Part shown: positions 33,324 through 48,000 of the stretch, one piece after another
How the letters are laid out: each line of letters begins with the position of its first letter
Position numbering within the stretch: the stretch's first letter is position 1
DNA from: Antedon mediterranea
Taxonomy: Eukaryota; Animalia; Echinodermata
NCBI RefSeq assembly: GCF_964355755.1
Contig: NC_092675.1
Location: forward strand, 27,810,912-27,874,911
Direction: 5' to 3'
Length of the DNA: 64,000 nt
Notes under the pieces: model-generated
Database searches by the model: none
The model's input: the letters and a program-made list of their open reading frames with translations, nothing else
Told to the model about the DNA's origin: nothing
Program-made: the position numbers and the translations under genes

Positions 33324-36254
33324 ATACTATTAACACATTTTGACTATTGTATATGGACACACAGGCTCACTGGTGCTACAGTAGCTTGCTGTATGTAAGT
33401 CAAATTTATGATTTTATGTCGTTTAAATATATTCCTGTTTTTCTTTAATTTTTAATAAATAATGTTCTGGGTCATAATGAAAATGAATGCATTTCAGTAT
33501 GGATTCGTCCTTATACACACTTTGAATAAAGCACTCTGTTTGTTTTCAGGTGTATAGTAAAGCAAATTCTCTACACAATAAGATCAGACATGTCTATTGT
33601 ACTTATTCTAAGGTTACACCTCTATTTCCATTGTGTCTTACTTGCTATAAGCATTTCCTTTTTTTAATTATTCTCAGTTTGCTTATTGTATTATTAATCC
33701 ACTATATAACTACCTTTCCACTGACTCATGTGTTTCAACAATTTGTAAAAGCTGATTAATTTATTATGGAATTTTCTCCACCCATTGCCTCTAGTTACTA
33801 AAATGAAGGAAAATGTATTCTTATTCTTAAAATCATTTAATATTGCTACAAGCTTAGTAAATTGAAATAGCGTTTGTTTTGAATTACTTACTGTAATTAT
33901 GTTCATTTTATTATTTAAAGCCATGGATTAATTTTAATTAATTATTTAAAAATAAGGTTACATTTTTTAACTGCAAAAAAAGAGATTTAACACAGAGAAT
34001 TTAACAGTTATTCAACAGTTATTTGATCATTTTTCCAGAATTTGTTAGCTGAAGTAAATGTTAAAGTAATCAATTTAACTGACCTTTTAATTATCAATTT
34101 AACTTTTGAATTGTCATTTGTAATAAGGGTTTAGTTGTGAAGGATGTTTAAAGAAGATACTGGTACTCTGTGTTTATTAAATATTATTCTTTCGATTAAT
34201 TGCTGTGTCATATTTTGACACTTCTTCTCAAATCCTTCTAATTGGCCTCGTTTACCTTCTGGAAATATTGTACTTTGTTTTTATACCCCTTTAAAAAAAT
34301 TTAATGACATTTTTTAATGATTTCATAAACACGAACTTGTATATGATGAACTCGTTTGTGAACTTGCAATCATTTCATGAACAAAAACTTGTCATTAATT
34401 AATTAGGTAATCTAGGTTTGTAAATAATCCATTGAGTTTAAAATCTTAAAAATACTAATTAACTGTATGAGGAAAATTGAAAAAAAAAACATTGACATTA
34501 AAAGTACAAATTTGTATTAGGTATTGTATAGGAATTAGTATGTAAACAACAGAACTTAATTTCCAGTTTATCACAATCACTAGGCATTTTGAACAATTGC
34601 ATTGCAATATTCAGAATTTAGAGCTAGTATGAGGGGACTGGTAATTATCCAGCTCACAATTTTTATTTTTCGTACATAAGTTGACTGACTGTGAAAAATA
34701 GCCGAACTACACTACTTCATAAATAACTTAACCAAACCCTATAAAATAATCTCTATCTCTCTCTCACTAAAATTATAAAGTAAAAGAAGTTTGCTAATGG
34801 GATTAGAACCCTATACATCGACAAGTCCATAGTGTAATCCATTCGACTACACAGGCAGCTCGACTGAAAGAAAGCGTATGTGAATTGTAGTTGGGTCAAT
34901 TATTACTGTACATTACACATCTTATGGATATGACTAATAATCATGTTTATTTTGTGATATTTCATGAGGGGTCCCCAACTTATGTACGAGAAGAAATATC
35001 ATGTCCAGCTCCTCCCACCCTATCTCAGATACACCTATTGTATCATATGGTATATCTACTACAGTAGTAAATACAGACAGTACACAAATAACGAAAATAA
35101 TAGTGAAACAATCACATCTGCAAACTTTTTGTTGTACATATTTCTCCATCTTTCTAGTCTGTCTAATGTACAGTAGTACTGTAAGCTTGGGTGGTTCTCA
35201 TTTAAACCATTTTAATGTTCTTCACATCTAAACAATATGGCAAATAGGCTGGTGAGTCATCATACGTTGGGAACACAAACATAATCAGCTGGTAGGCCGT
35301 TGTAGCTGCCAGCCTATTGTTAATCCCAATAATCATTGATTTTTAGTTATCATTACGCAGGTCTGATCTATCAAAGAAGTTGATACGCTTTGAATGATCA
35401 TACGCTTTGAACAGAAGCCGTAGTTTTTGCCGCTTTTCCTTTGTCACCGTGTTTGCATCCAATATTTAGTATTTAGATTTTGGTATCACGTGTTGAAAGC
35501 ATAAATATTTAATTGTTTATAAATGATATTTTGTTATGATATTAATATTCTGTACATAGTTCACGCTGTTTGAATTGTTATATGAAAAGGATATTATTAC
35601 ACATTATTATTCATGAACCTTATTTTAATAATTTAAGTGATTTTATAACAATTACCTACCAACCTACACTTGTCACATGATATAATTAGTAGGAATGAAT
35701 ACGAATGGTATGGAAAATATTACCAGTACTTGAAACCTACGCAAATTCATTTTTATTGCAACGATTATGAATAAATTATAAATTTCATTGACATGTTTTT
35801 TGATTAGATTACAGAGTGATGTACGAGAAATGTTTGGATTATCTTTGTTGCATTTCATTGAAATCAACAATTGAGAGTGAAATCAAATTTCAAAACTGTT
35901 TTAATTTTAATGTTAATTTTGGTATTAAAATAGTGACATGCTCTTTGTCTTATAAAGAACCAATTAATAGTACATTGAATTACTACAGTACTACTACATG
36001 AGTTACAAAAGATTTTATCTATCTGAGAATTACATTACAGTATATTTGAACAGTATCTACACAGCGTTTGTTGAAAGGAACATAAATAATGTAAACAAAA
36101 TTGACTGAAGAGACACATCTACAGTAAATACGACTACTGTATCTCCTGGTACTGTAATTCACATACGGTATAACAAAATACTACTCATCACTGACTGCAG
36201 GGGTGGATCCAGGATATTGAAATCAGGCCTAAAATATGTATGTAAATTTGTAGA

Positions 36255-36345
36255 GGAGCTGTAGCTTTTGGTTGTTAACATGCTTGCCTTCCAATCACAA
36301 GGTCTGGGATTCAATTCTGTCCTAGTGTAGTGCCAGAGTTGAAAC
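36255..36345 (+). mobile_element. Degenerate tRNA-derived SINE head
   Basis: GTAGCTTTTGGTTGTTAACATGCTTGCCTTCCAA...GGGATTCAATTC has A-box/B-box-like spacing; not a foldable tRNA. Confidence 0.35.
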
Positions 36346-37056
36346 TTCACTCCCTAAGCCTCAAATGAGACTCACTGTTGTTTATTATAAGCATGATTAT
36401 TTATTATAAAATAGTTTATCCATTCTATTCACTATTGGATGCAAATGTAATTTAAAAAATACTGTAGTCTGTACGTGATGAACTTAACCTATCTTCTGTG
36501 TTGTAATAATCTTTGGATCGCCTATGTGATTGACATTGATCTATCATAAATTGCTTAATCTCTCCAAGTACCAGTTGACCACACTCTCATACTTTTTGTT
36601 GCATAAATGTTAATAAGTTGACTATCATGACATGCCAAATCTACCTAAGTACCAGTTGACCACACTCCTCACTTAATAATTATAAAACAAGATTTTTCAT
36701 ATTTGAAAACATGAATTGAGTTATGCAAATATCTCATATTATTTACACTTAACATCTCCTTCACATTTCTTCCCTTTGTGCTCACAACAAGCAATTGCTA
36801 ATTCATCAGTTTTTACATTGTTCAAACTTGATCTAGATCCAAACCATTGATAACTGAACGTTTAAAAATAATATATAAATATGCAAGGTCAATTATTATA
36901 TCCTGTAATTAAGCTATTCTGTTCAACGTTTCGATTCTTGCTAAAAATAGATTGATATTTTAGTGTTAACTTATGATATTTAAAAAAAATAGTAAATATA
37001 AACATTCGGTATCATGTATTGTTAACTACCTATAGTTATTAGATAACATTATTTAA

Positions 37057-37226
37057 AGCTCTGTTTAGACTATCAAACTAGTTTGACAAGAAAAGTGTGG
37101 CGTGCCCAAATATGGTAGTGATATATCCAAATATGGTAGTAATATGGCATCAACATATCCATACTGTATATGGGCACATCACATTTTTGTTCACATAAAG
37201 TTTGATACTGATAGTGTAGATAGGCC
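37057..37226 (-). mobile_element. MITE family 1, copy 3
   Basis: Reverse-oriented core; TAA on both flanks. Confidence 0.75.
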
Positions 37227-37472
37227 TAAAAGTAATTGAAAAAGTATATGGGCAATACAGTGAATTGCATTAACAACATCCTGTTAAGTGGGTTGAATGA
37301 CCCAATTCTCTTATAATATTACATCATTGATTGACGGTTTATCAAATGAAACTTAGCCGTCTTAATTGATGATATTGCTCATTACGACATGGAGAATTAT
37401 TTCTATGATTACAACAAAGATAGAAGTACTGTACTTACTGTATACTACTACTATATGTACTAATCCCCATAA

Positions 37473-38348
37473 GGCCCTGTTTCTGCTGCCAAAAATATAC
37501 CGTATATATACGGTATATTTTATATACGGTATATTTTTTGGCAGCAGAAATGGGTCTCATAAAAAATATACCGTATATATTTGCGGTATATATACTGCAT
37601 AAATATCCCCATCGTTTGTGGATATTATACGGTATATTCCAAAATATACCGTATATTTCGTTCCCCGTTTCTGCTGCACTCAAAATATACCGTAAATGTG
37701 ACCCGACTCATGACACGAGGTCAAAAACTAACAGAGCGCGACGCGTTTGTTTTGGTTTTTCTGCTGCATTGAAAGTTGAAACACACGTGTAAAAGCAAGC
37801 AACAGATCAAAATGTCACTGTGGACCGAACAAATCACTATTTTTGCAATTCAATTGTGGGGGGAAGCGAAGGTTGGGGGGAGACTGCATGGCAACAGAAG
37901 AGATACCGAGATTTTAATTACAATAAATCGAATGTTCTTACACGACAACAACGTGATGTAAAATCATGGTAAAATACTGTATAATAGAAAATGGAAATTA
38001 AAACGGCAATATAGGATAATATAGCATAATATAAACTCAATTTGAATAATTAACAGAGTTTATTTATAGTGACATTTCTAGATTGTGCTTGTATGTGCGG
38101 TGTAAATTCGTTGCCACTTCTGCTCATTAGATTTAAAATAGAAAGCAATGCTACGACGTTTTGAGAAACCATCATTGTTTTGTTTTTGTCAGCATGTACC
38201 GATAGGTAAAAACCTCACTACACGAGGTCAATCCATACTTCCGTCTCACGAAATGCATTTTTACAACCCACCCACGAAGTATGTGCAGCGGAAACGGTGC
38301 ACGAATTTCATATACGGTATATTTTGGGTTGGCAGCAGAAACGGGCCC
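37473..38348. mobile_element. Harbinger-like non-autonomous element (family 2), 876 bp
   Basis: TIR GGCCCTGTTTCTGCTGCCAA / TTGGCAGCAGAAACGGGCCC; TAA TSD on both sides; repeated subterminal AATATACCGTATAT palindromic motifs. Confidence 0.85.
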
Positions 38349-41300
38349 TAAGAAACACACTAGATTTTCTTAGAACCTGTTGCATTGTACTGTATATATA
38401 TATTGTACCTATTAAATTATCAATTATATTTTGAATTTTATGTTAAAGAAATGAGGAATTAATAGTTTTAAACATTTTAATCGGACTATTTTTATTTCGC
38501 CATGATGTACTAAAATAGTAATCTTAATTTTAGTATTGCTTCATGATCTTACCTCTTATGTGCTTCATTCAGATTTAAGGGATGGTTTAATGAAAAACCA
38601 AGATCATTCAAGATAAAATTAGCTGGTAAATGAGAGCCATGTAGTTATAAATGAAGAAAATGTGTTTCAAAACAATACTCAACTGTGTTTGTTGTTTTTA
38701 CTCATTTTGCATCAAGGGATTCATTGTGAATTAGTAGAAAACCATTTATAACCACTTCCATATTATTACTGGCTTTACTCTATTTTAAACAATACAGTAG
38801 TTTCTTCTGGTTTATCCAGGCAATATTTTAAATTAAGAAGCTACTGTAACCCTGTATTGTAATCAATATGTTTTTAGGTCTATACAACGTACTGATATTA
38901 TAGTATTATTATTCTTGCCTGTTGTAAAATGCTGGATTGTGCATTTCAAGTAATCCGGTACTTCTGTAACACATTACTGATATTTAAACAGCAATCAGTG
39001 ATATTAAAAATTGCTTAATACTAATAGTAATACAGAGAATAGGTTGCTGTATCATTATCAATTATGAAAAGACTTTAATTATGAATTCATGAAAAAAAAA
39101 ATGTGTGATGTCCACTCCAATGCTTTATTTCAAGGTATCTTCAGGTCCAAATACTTTCAGATGTACCAAAAATAGGCCAATCTAACTTTAACGATTCCAT
39201 GATCTGGTCAATCTAAATTTGGTGGGAATCATTCATATACTGATTACTCTAGTTGGAATAGAATTCCAGAGATTTAGAAATAGAATAGATTGTAATCCTG
39301 GTCATTTTAATATTATACAGTAGGAATGAATCTAAGGTGTTATCTGGAATTTTAATACTTTAAAATTGTTGATTGATAGCAAACATACACATTATAAGAA
39401 TTTGGGACAAAGTAGAAAAAAAAAAATGTGTTATTTGATTAAAAATCTTTATTATTTTTGTCCATATTACTATAGATTAGAGTACAGATTGGTAAAGTAA
39501 AAGTATAAACAAGCAGACATTTCTACCAATATTTAATAGCTACAATTAATACATTTCTAGGTTGTAATAACTCTATAGAGGGCACACTTCACAACAAAAT
39601 GAAAATTGCAATGAAAAAGTACTATACACACAGATCACACACTTGGAGGTTTCATTGAAAAACTACTGCACAATGTAAATTATTTCCAGTTCAATCTGCT
39701 TTATGAATTAAAAATCATTAAAATTGTAATTTTATTTATTTTTTTCTATTATTAATCTCCTAATTCTTAGATTACAGATTTAAGATAATAACTGTACTTT
39801 CATACTAATTAGTAGGGCTTACCTACAGTAATTAACTTTTTATTTGGAAATTATGAATGTTTTAGACTGAATACATGCATGAAATTGAGGTATTATAACC
39901 TCTTTGAGTATGTAAATACCCATAATGTAGCAGATGATAATCTTATTAGCCCAATTATTCACAGAATGAGTATGTGTACGCCATGCTGGCTATTAAGTTT
40001 TGGTTTGGTAATGCCTTACAGCCAATTATAAGTCTAAAATAACATATGTTGTGCAGTCTATTGGTTTTCATATTTTACAATCATTATTATTTAGCACATA
40101 AAATCTGATTGTATGTACAGTATACATAGTTGACACATTCACAAATTAAATAATCTTAATTTAAAACCTTTCACACTTTTACATTTCAAAGTTCAACATA
40201 CAGAATAAATAATTAATACAAATAAAACCAATAGTTGGGCGTGGTCACGGTCTACTGTAGTGCCTTGTATCGGAAAAAGAAGTAGTATTTATGCAAAATG
40301 GATAAAATGGTTTTGTATTTACTATTTATTGACAAATCTATAACTTTCGACCTTAAATGTATTACGTCTTCCAGCAATGGTTATGGTATGTATATTATTA
40401 ATAATAAAAACAAAAATAATGAAGTGGTTTAATAAATGAATTTTATTTTCTTGGATAGTGGTAATGGTATAAAATATTATGGTAGGCCCTCTTTCATGGA
40501 AGGCATTCATACCAAGATCAGAACACAGAGAGACATTGCCAAACTCAGTGTCACTGTCTCAATGTTTTTTAATATACAGAGTCTCGAGAAGTTTTTATTT
40601 TTGTGATACAATACAGTAATTTTAACTGCTCACGGCATTGTATATAATCCAAATAACTAGTGATGTCTTGTCTGTATGCGTGTATACAGTATGTGGTCAA
40701 AGTAAAAAGGTAAAGGTAATAGAATGTTTTTAAAGAAAGAAGCAAATCAATTTGCCCCAAACCAATTTCGTTCAGTCTACCAGGGTGCATGGTAAGCACT
40801 TTTTAAATCTTTAATTGCACTTTGCCGCTATCTAGGTAATATTGACAGTAACTAAGCATTTTTATGATAGTAGAGGGGCAATCAATTTTAATGTTGACAG
40901 TCAGCCTTTGAATTGTCAAAAGTACACTAGATTTGCTGGGTCTTTAATCTTCCTCCTTAACCCTAGTTTTAATAGTAGATTATGGAAAAAGACAAAAGGT
41001 GTCCGATCACATTGTACCAGACACTTAGCTTTTAGAATCATTTGCCAAATGCTAAAATAAAATGTTCTTAAGTCTGGTGCAATGTTTAAGAAATGCACCA
41101 TTTCTGAAATTCATACCCATACCCAGTATTCCGAAGTAATACTAAAAGTGCACACTGTTTATGATTGGTTGGCTAACAAAAGCAATAGATGAAATGAAAT
41201 TATACGGTTAAAACTTTTTAGAATGTTTGAACGTTATAGAAAAATCTTGTATTTCATCAATTACAAGAAGTATACAGTAAAACAATTGCAACTTTCACTT

Positions 41301-44300
41301 GTATTATTTAGTAATAGAAATCAATAGAATTACTCATCTTCTGTGGCCTTCGATGTTTTAACTGTCTATAGTTTGCGGTCTATAGGTTTTTATTTTAAAT
41401 TTGAAGGTGCATTAAACTTACCTTTATTTGGCCTAAACATTGTAATATTTAATAAATATTATTGTTTTTCTTATTGTTAATAAGGAGAGAGTGAAACTGA
41501 AATAATACATTTTGAAACCCTAGAAAATATAGGATTTTCTTTTTGTTTTTCAATTCATAAATTTATATGATTTATTCAAATTGCTATTTGTTTCCTTATT
41601 TTGTGTTATAGAATTCCTAGAAAGAAAAAGAAAGAATGAATGTAACTTGTTATAATCAGTGCATAATTTATCACCACACATGACCACCAAATTAAAGGTG
41701 ATGATAAGTTACTTCCTTGCCCTCTGACACATACATTTGTGGTCACAAAGAATTTATGAGTAGGCCTCAAAATGATTGTGGTTGTTTATTCAATGAGTTC
41801 CAACTGAGTACAGTACAGGCAAAAAACCTGCTATTCAACTGCATATATTGTTCATAAAATACCTTTTTTTTTTCATTCTTGATTATTATGCTAATTGGAA
41901 ATAGTCTAGGTTTCATTATGCTAATCTAGTGCCTCGTAATTGTCATATTGTTATGATTTGTTAGTTTAAAATCTGCAGTTATAATTCTGCATTAATCAGG
42001 CGTTCAACAAAGTTTAACTAATAGCATGTTTTGATTGGCTGACCGGCTTTTGCCTCAAGAATTTCTAAGCGTGCCTTGTACAGATGCACTTTGACAATAG
42101 CACAGTAGACTTAAGGTAAGCAAGACAATAGTAAAGAGTGAAAAGGAATTCAACAAGGATTTACAGATAAGCAGTTTATTTTCCAAGTGAGTTACAGCCA
42201 CAATAGCAACTTCTTTATACTCTTGTTATTTATGGGACGAAATTAAATGTGGGGCATGCATGGTTGAGTGGTTATGATTGGATTCCATTACATGTGAGGA
42301 GTTGAATGCTTTTCCAAGCAGGTGGGATAACCTAACCCTTTTAGTAATTCACTTTTGGCTTTAGCCTGAATGGGCATGTATGGAACAACTGGTGGCTACA
42401 GTATAAAATCTGTATCAATACTCAATCACCTGTCTTTTCCCAACACCAGTCATCATTTATTGGATATATCTTCTTGTTTTTGTTGAATTTCTATATTCAA
42501 ACTGGATTTACTACTTGGTTTTGTTTAAAAGGAAATAGTTTTTATTGTCGTTACCTGTTTGCATTCCTTTCAATTCAAGAAGTTTTTATCAAAACTAAAG
42601 GGTGTTGTCTTGCTCACCAGGATTTCAAATCTCCATTGTATCTTTGGATCATTACGTGACAACTATCAAGTTTGAATAAATATAAATTATTTCACCTTAA
42701 CTTGGAAATAACGCTGACGAAATCAATCTAATAAACTACTACAAGTTTGGATACTATTGTGAGTTTCTATCTAAAAGGTTAAACAGTTTTCCTGAGAGAG
42801 AGTAAGTAACATTTGGTATTGCATTTTCTTTGTAATGTTATGGTTTCAGTATTATAAAAATACGATATTTATATAGCGCTATTTCGTAAAGATCATCCCG
42901 TTTTTATAGTGTTATTTCCTAAAGATTATAATAAAGGAACAGGGATGATTTTTTATTTCGTGGCAGGATTATTGTTCCAGAAATACTTGTTATCTTATTG
43001 TTCATTATTATTAGATGATTGCTTTAAAAAAAGAGAGAGAGATTTGTTATATTAAAACTTAGTTGTGAACTATCAAACAAAGAAAAGAAAATGAAAAAGT
43101 AATGAAAGTGAAAACAAACAATTATATACTAGGAAACAAACAAAAATAATGTTTATCTGATAATAATTATGTTTTATGATTGTTTTATTATAGTTGTACT
43201 GTAGTATTTCATTTTCTTAAATTGTTCTAAAACGCATTATACACTAGCATGATGCAAAGTTTGATAAAAACAATTAAGAAACAACAACAGTATATCAAAG
43301 TGTAATGTATTTTATTTAAAAAATAAATATAAGCACAACTTATTTCTTCATGGTGTTTTTAGCATGTACTTTTCATACTTTCCATAATCCATACAAGATA
43401 ACAAAGTCAAGTTAATAGATTACTCTCACTTATACAAATCTTAGTATGAGTGAAACAATCAAAAGTCAAGTTTTAACTAAATAATGAGAAACCATTTTGC
43501 GATAATCACACCAGCTGGTTTACAGAATTTGAAGTGGTGATTATTTCTTTGCAAAATCAAAATTGATGAGAACTATTTTAAAGAACAAAGAATATTGTGT
43601 ATTTTCCTATAATTCATTATTAATCATACTTGCTTTTTAAAGTCACAAATTATGTTGTTGCTGTTATACATCAATTTCTAAAGAACAACTGTTATGATGA
43701 AAAGGTCATGTCGTTTGTGTGTGAACAGTGATTGTAAACATTTTCCAGGTCTATTGGTGTATAAAAAGACCAAAATGATGTCAAAGGTTAAAGGTTAATG
43801 TCATAAATAGTATTAGCTTTTTATTAGTATTTTGCTAACCTGTTTGAAATTTAATTTCCTCGTTCATGTCATTCTTATTTTAATTAAAATTGCAATTTTT
43901 TAATGACTGTAAAAATAAATTGATTCTGCTATAAATTGGCATCATCATGCCTTAGTGGTAATTAAATGTTGTATACAATTACAACAAGTGCTGACAGTAA
44001 AACAAACTACCAACAAAATGGAGGCAAACCATATAACTAATTCTATGTTATCTTATAACTGCAATGGTAATGCATTTAGAAATGTTACCCATGCCATACA
44101 CAAGTGCTATTTTTGTGTAAACTTTGCAACGCCATTTTCTGACAGTTTGCAGTTAGTAACTGTAAGTATCAGAATAGTTGAATCTTAAATCATGTTTGGT
44201 GTCAGTACAGTATTTTGAATACATTACACAAATGTTAGGTAGCATAGTATTACTATTAGGATACTTCTTGTGTACCCAACTGGGACAGACACTAAAGTTA

Positions 44301-44756
44301 TGTTGACCAAAAATGTTGTCTTGGTACCCAATTTGATATATTGCTTTTTTTTTCTTGGCCAGTACCTAAAACAATCTTCCAAGTTTAAAATGTCCTCCTT
44401 TGCTGAACTAATTCTAATTATTTTTTACCTTAATTACAGTACTTTGTTTATGAATATAAGCAATATAATTAATTATTACATCCAGTTCTTAAATATCCCT
44501 GTTGGAACAATAACGTAACTCGTAAACCTAAATCTGCTCAGAACAAATTACACTTACAGTACCAAGCAGGAAAGTCAAATACAGATTTGTGTTACATGTT
44601 GGTACGATGACTTACTGTAAGTTTTCATCATCTGCTTTTCTTTTGGAAAAACTAACCACGGAAAACCAAAATTGATCTTTAGTACAGTAGGTATTATTGG
44701 GATTCAAGAGGGATGACTTGACCCAGTAAATTATGTGTACTATAATGATTTCATAT

Positions 44757-45045
44757 TGAAAATCAATACATACAATGTTTCGGTTTAACATTTCTTTGTA
44801 ACTTTAACATTTAACTTTAAGAAACCTGTGAAAGGCATTAGTATTGTCGTCATTCTTGTAAATTTGGGTTAGATTTGTAACCTATTTGATAAAAAAAATG
44901 GAATAAAGGAAAGATCACAGAATGTTAAAAATACAATTGGTTGAAATCAATTCAATATTTTTTCGGTTTAACATTTTTATTGTAACTTTAACATTTAAAT
45001 TCCAAGATGAAAGCTGTGAAATGCATTAATATTGTCGTCATTCTT
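44757..45045. repeat. Local direct duplication, two ~100-bp copies
   Basis: TTTCGGTTTAACATTT..TTGTAACTTTAACATTTAA...CTGTGAAA.GCATTA.TATTGTCGTCATTCTT at about 44778 and 44961. Confidence 0.75.
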
Positions 45046-48000
45046 TCAATTCAGTTCTAAAGGAAGGAAAACATTACTTTGTTTTACTTGTGTTAGTACA
45101 ATCAAACATTGGTAAAAAAAATATACATATTGTTGGAAAGCAATTTTATTTCATACAGTGTAGTTAAACAAAATTTGATTTTTATACATTATATTTTCAT
45201 AATCTAGTTTCAGTATGTGAATCATTCCCTATTTTAGCTTAATTTTTTCATGGATAATTTGTATTTTGATCGACAGTAAATTAATGGTTTCCACCCATAA
45301 TAATAGATTACGGTAGAGTGAGTCATTCACGTTAACGCCATTCTATAATTGTACATTTTTACAATATAAAAGTAACTGACATCTAAAATTCTGCTTGCAT
45401 AATTGATTATTGTAGAGTGAAATATTTATTCATAAATTGGATAATTAAATTATGATGATAATTTAGTCATTTTTATTAAAATAAAATTAGTAAATTTACT
45501 TTACTTTGATAATATTTGAATGTTAAACCTTCATAGCTCCGGCTATATCTTGGCTACCTTTTGTATTGATTAATTGTTTGATACAATAAAGAAGAACTAG
45601 AACTAGATAACTAGAACTTACACAGTATTTAACTGACGGAAGAAATAAGTAACAGTAAATCAATTTATATTTACTATATTATGAAATAAATTATTTGAAG
45701 GAAAACATTTTGCTGTAAAGTTTGGTAAAAAATTGATTAATTTGAGATTACTCAAAACATGATCGTAAAACAATCGGAAAAAGTGTCAAGGTTAATAGAA
45801 AACAATATTCCTTTATCAGAGCTAATTGGAGTAACAAATTTACTTTGTTTGTTAAAATTAAACGAATAAACAATAGAAAGTTTAAAAATACTCAATGTTA
45901 ATACAGTATCTGGTAAAAATATAATTCTAATCTAGAGTAGGCCTACAGGTATATACCGCCCTCTATACTAGTGGGACTGCAAGGATAATAATAATGTTTA
46001 TTAGAAAAATAAGAAATACCTTTAAAAAACCTTTATATCGGTGGTACTTGTGTCAAACGCTGCATCCAAGAAGCATTAACAAAACTTTAAAAACGGCAAT
46101 AAATTAAAAAGTAAATCATAATTAATTAAAAATATAAATTATGTACAGATTAAACTTATAAAAGAACACAACACAAAGATTACTTATGCCATCAAATTAT
46201 GTTTGATATCATCAATCAATCAAAAGTAAAGATGCTCATTTTTTCATTGTTTTACCTAATGATTTACAACATTTGTATATTTAAAAAAAATAAATTTCTA
46301 CTGTGTTTGGTTGTTCAGATTGCTGTTGAGACATTTAAGAGTTATACTGCCCTCAATATATTAACTTTATTTTAATGGAAACATATACATAATGTATGTT
46401 TTATCAGCTGTGGTCTCAGATCAATGAGCTGCCAGTATGTCACATTACATAATTCATTTATTGTTCTGTATATCCCTAATGGATTGTAGTACATAACATT
46501 TTATTAATTTTCATTTCAAGAAAAAACCAACACCAAAAGACATTGTTTACAAGACAAATATGTTTAATTGTTGAATCTAATGTTTCTATTCAGACATCAT
46601 CAAAGTGAGAGGATGCGTCTTCATTTGAAAAAAACTGTAAATGTCAATTTTTAGTAACATAGCGCAAGATTAAAACATACTGTATGAAACAATGGAGGAA
46701 AAAAAACCTCCATGATGAAACACATTTTGAAGAACTAAATTATTACTGTATAATTATTTTATCAAATGTTCAAATATTCAATTTTAATGATTGCTTGATA
46801 CTATTATTTTAATTATCTTGAAATAATAAAGTAGGGCTCCTGCATGTACAACTACCATTGGTAGTACATCATCTATTCCTCTGCCATTTCTTTAAGAAAA
46901 TAATAAAAATAGCAAATATGTTTTAAAATTTGATAGTGGAGGACGATTTTTAGAAATAAACTGGTATAATAAAACTACAAATGAAATATGAAAAAATATT
47001 TGGAATAAAAGTTAAAACATTTCCTTATAAATTGTTTTGAATCGATGGCAACAGTACAACATCTAGTACATTATCTATTACAATTATACAATCTTAATTT
47101 TATGTATAGCAATTTGAATTAAAGCAGAATATAATTTACATATTTTGTTATTGATAAATTATCACAGTTACAAAGCTTACTATAGATCAGATTCTAGTAT
47201 GATTTGAGTCAATGACATTTACTATGCAAGGATGTAAGCTGTGAAATTGCATATTGCTAGCTACTAGTACTACTAGTACTAGTGTCTATTAAAATTGAAC
47301 TATAACAGAGGTTTCAGTAGCCTCAGGTGACAGACTCAAACAATTCGGAAATAGCATATAACAAAGGAGATGGAAAATTTATGCTAATTTATAAGACACA
47401 AAAGAAATACAATTGTTTTTATTTCGGTAATAAAATTCCAAATGTTTTTCTTTGTTTGATGGAAAGGGTATAGAACAACGTAGTTGTATTTATGAATTTG
47501 AGTATAAGAATAAAAAGAGTAAAATTTACTGTAAATAAAACAATAAAAATGGTAAATTTACTGAATGCAATGAAAATTAATTTTTATAATTAAAGCTAAT
47601 AAAAATCGTCAATCTTTAAATGAATTTCAGAGGGAGGGTGGTTTTTAAAAATGAAATTTTGGAGGTTTTTAGTAATTTTTTGGTCATTAAAAAAACAATA
47701 GGTGGCTCGAAAATCGTGTGGTGCTGTAACACTTAACAAAAGGAAAAGAAATTTTAAATGTAGGAAAAAATCTTATGTGGGAAAACTTTCTTGGAAAGTA
47801 CTTCTCAACGCCAAAACCATAAATACAATGATGAATCATGTACTATACAACTTACTTTGTATGTGAATTAATTTTTTTAAGAAAACATGACATCCCACAT
47901 ATGACTTGTGTATGATCGCCAATATCAAACTGCCTGTCAATATATATATGTACTTCCAGGATACACATTGGCCAGTTCTGTCTCCATTAGACAAATACTG

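Noticed and set aside
42085-42121. ATG...TTAAG|GTAAGC as an alternative first coding exon in the 22.9-kb RAPGEF2 intron
   Set aside because: It ends in phase 2 while the next exon needs phase 0; it could be non-coding but has no other support
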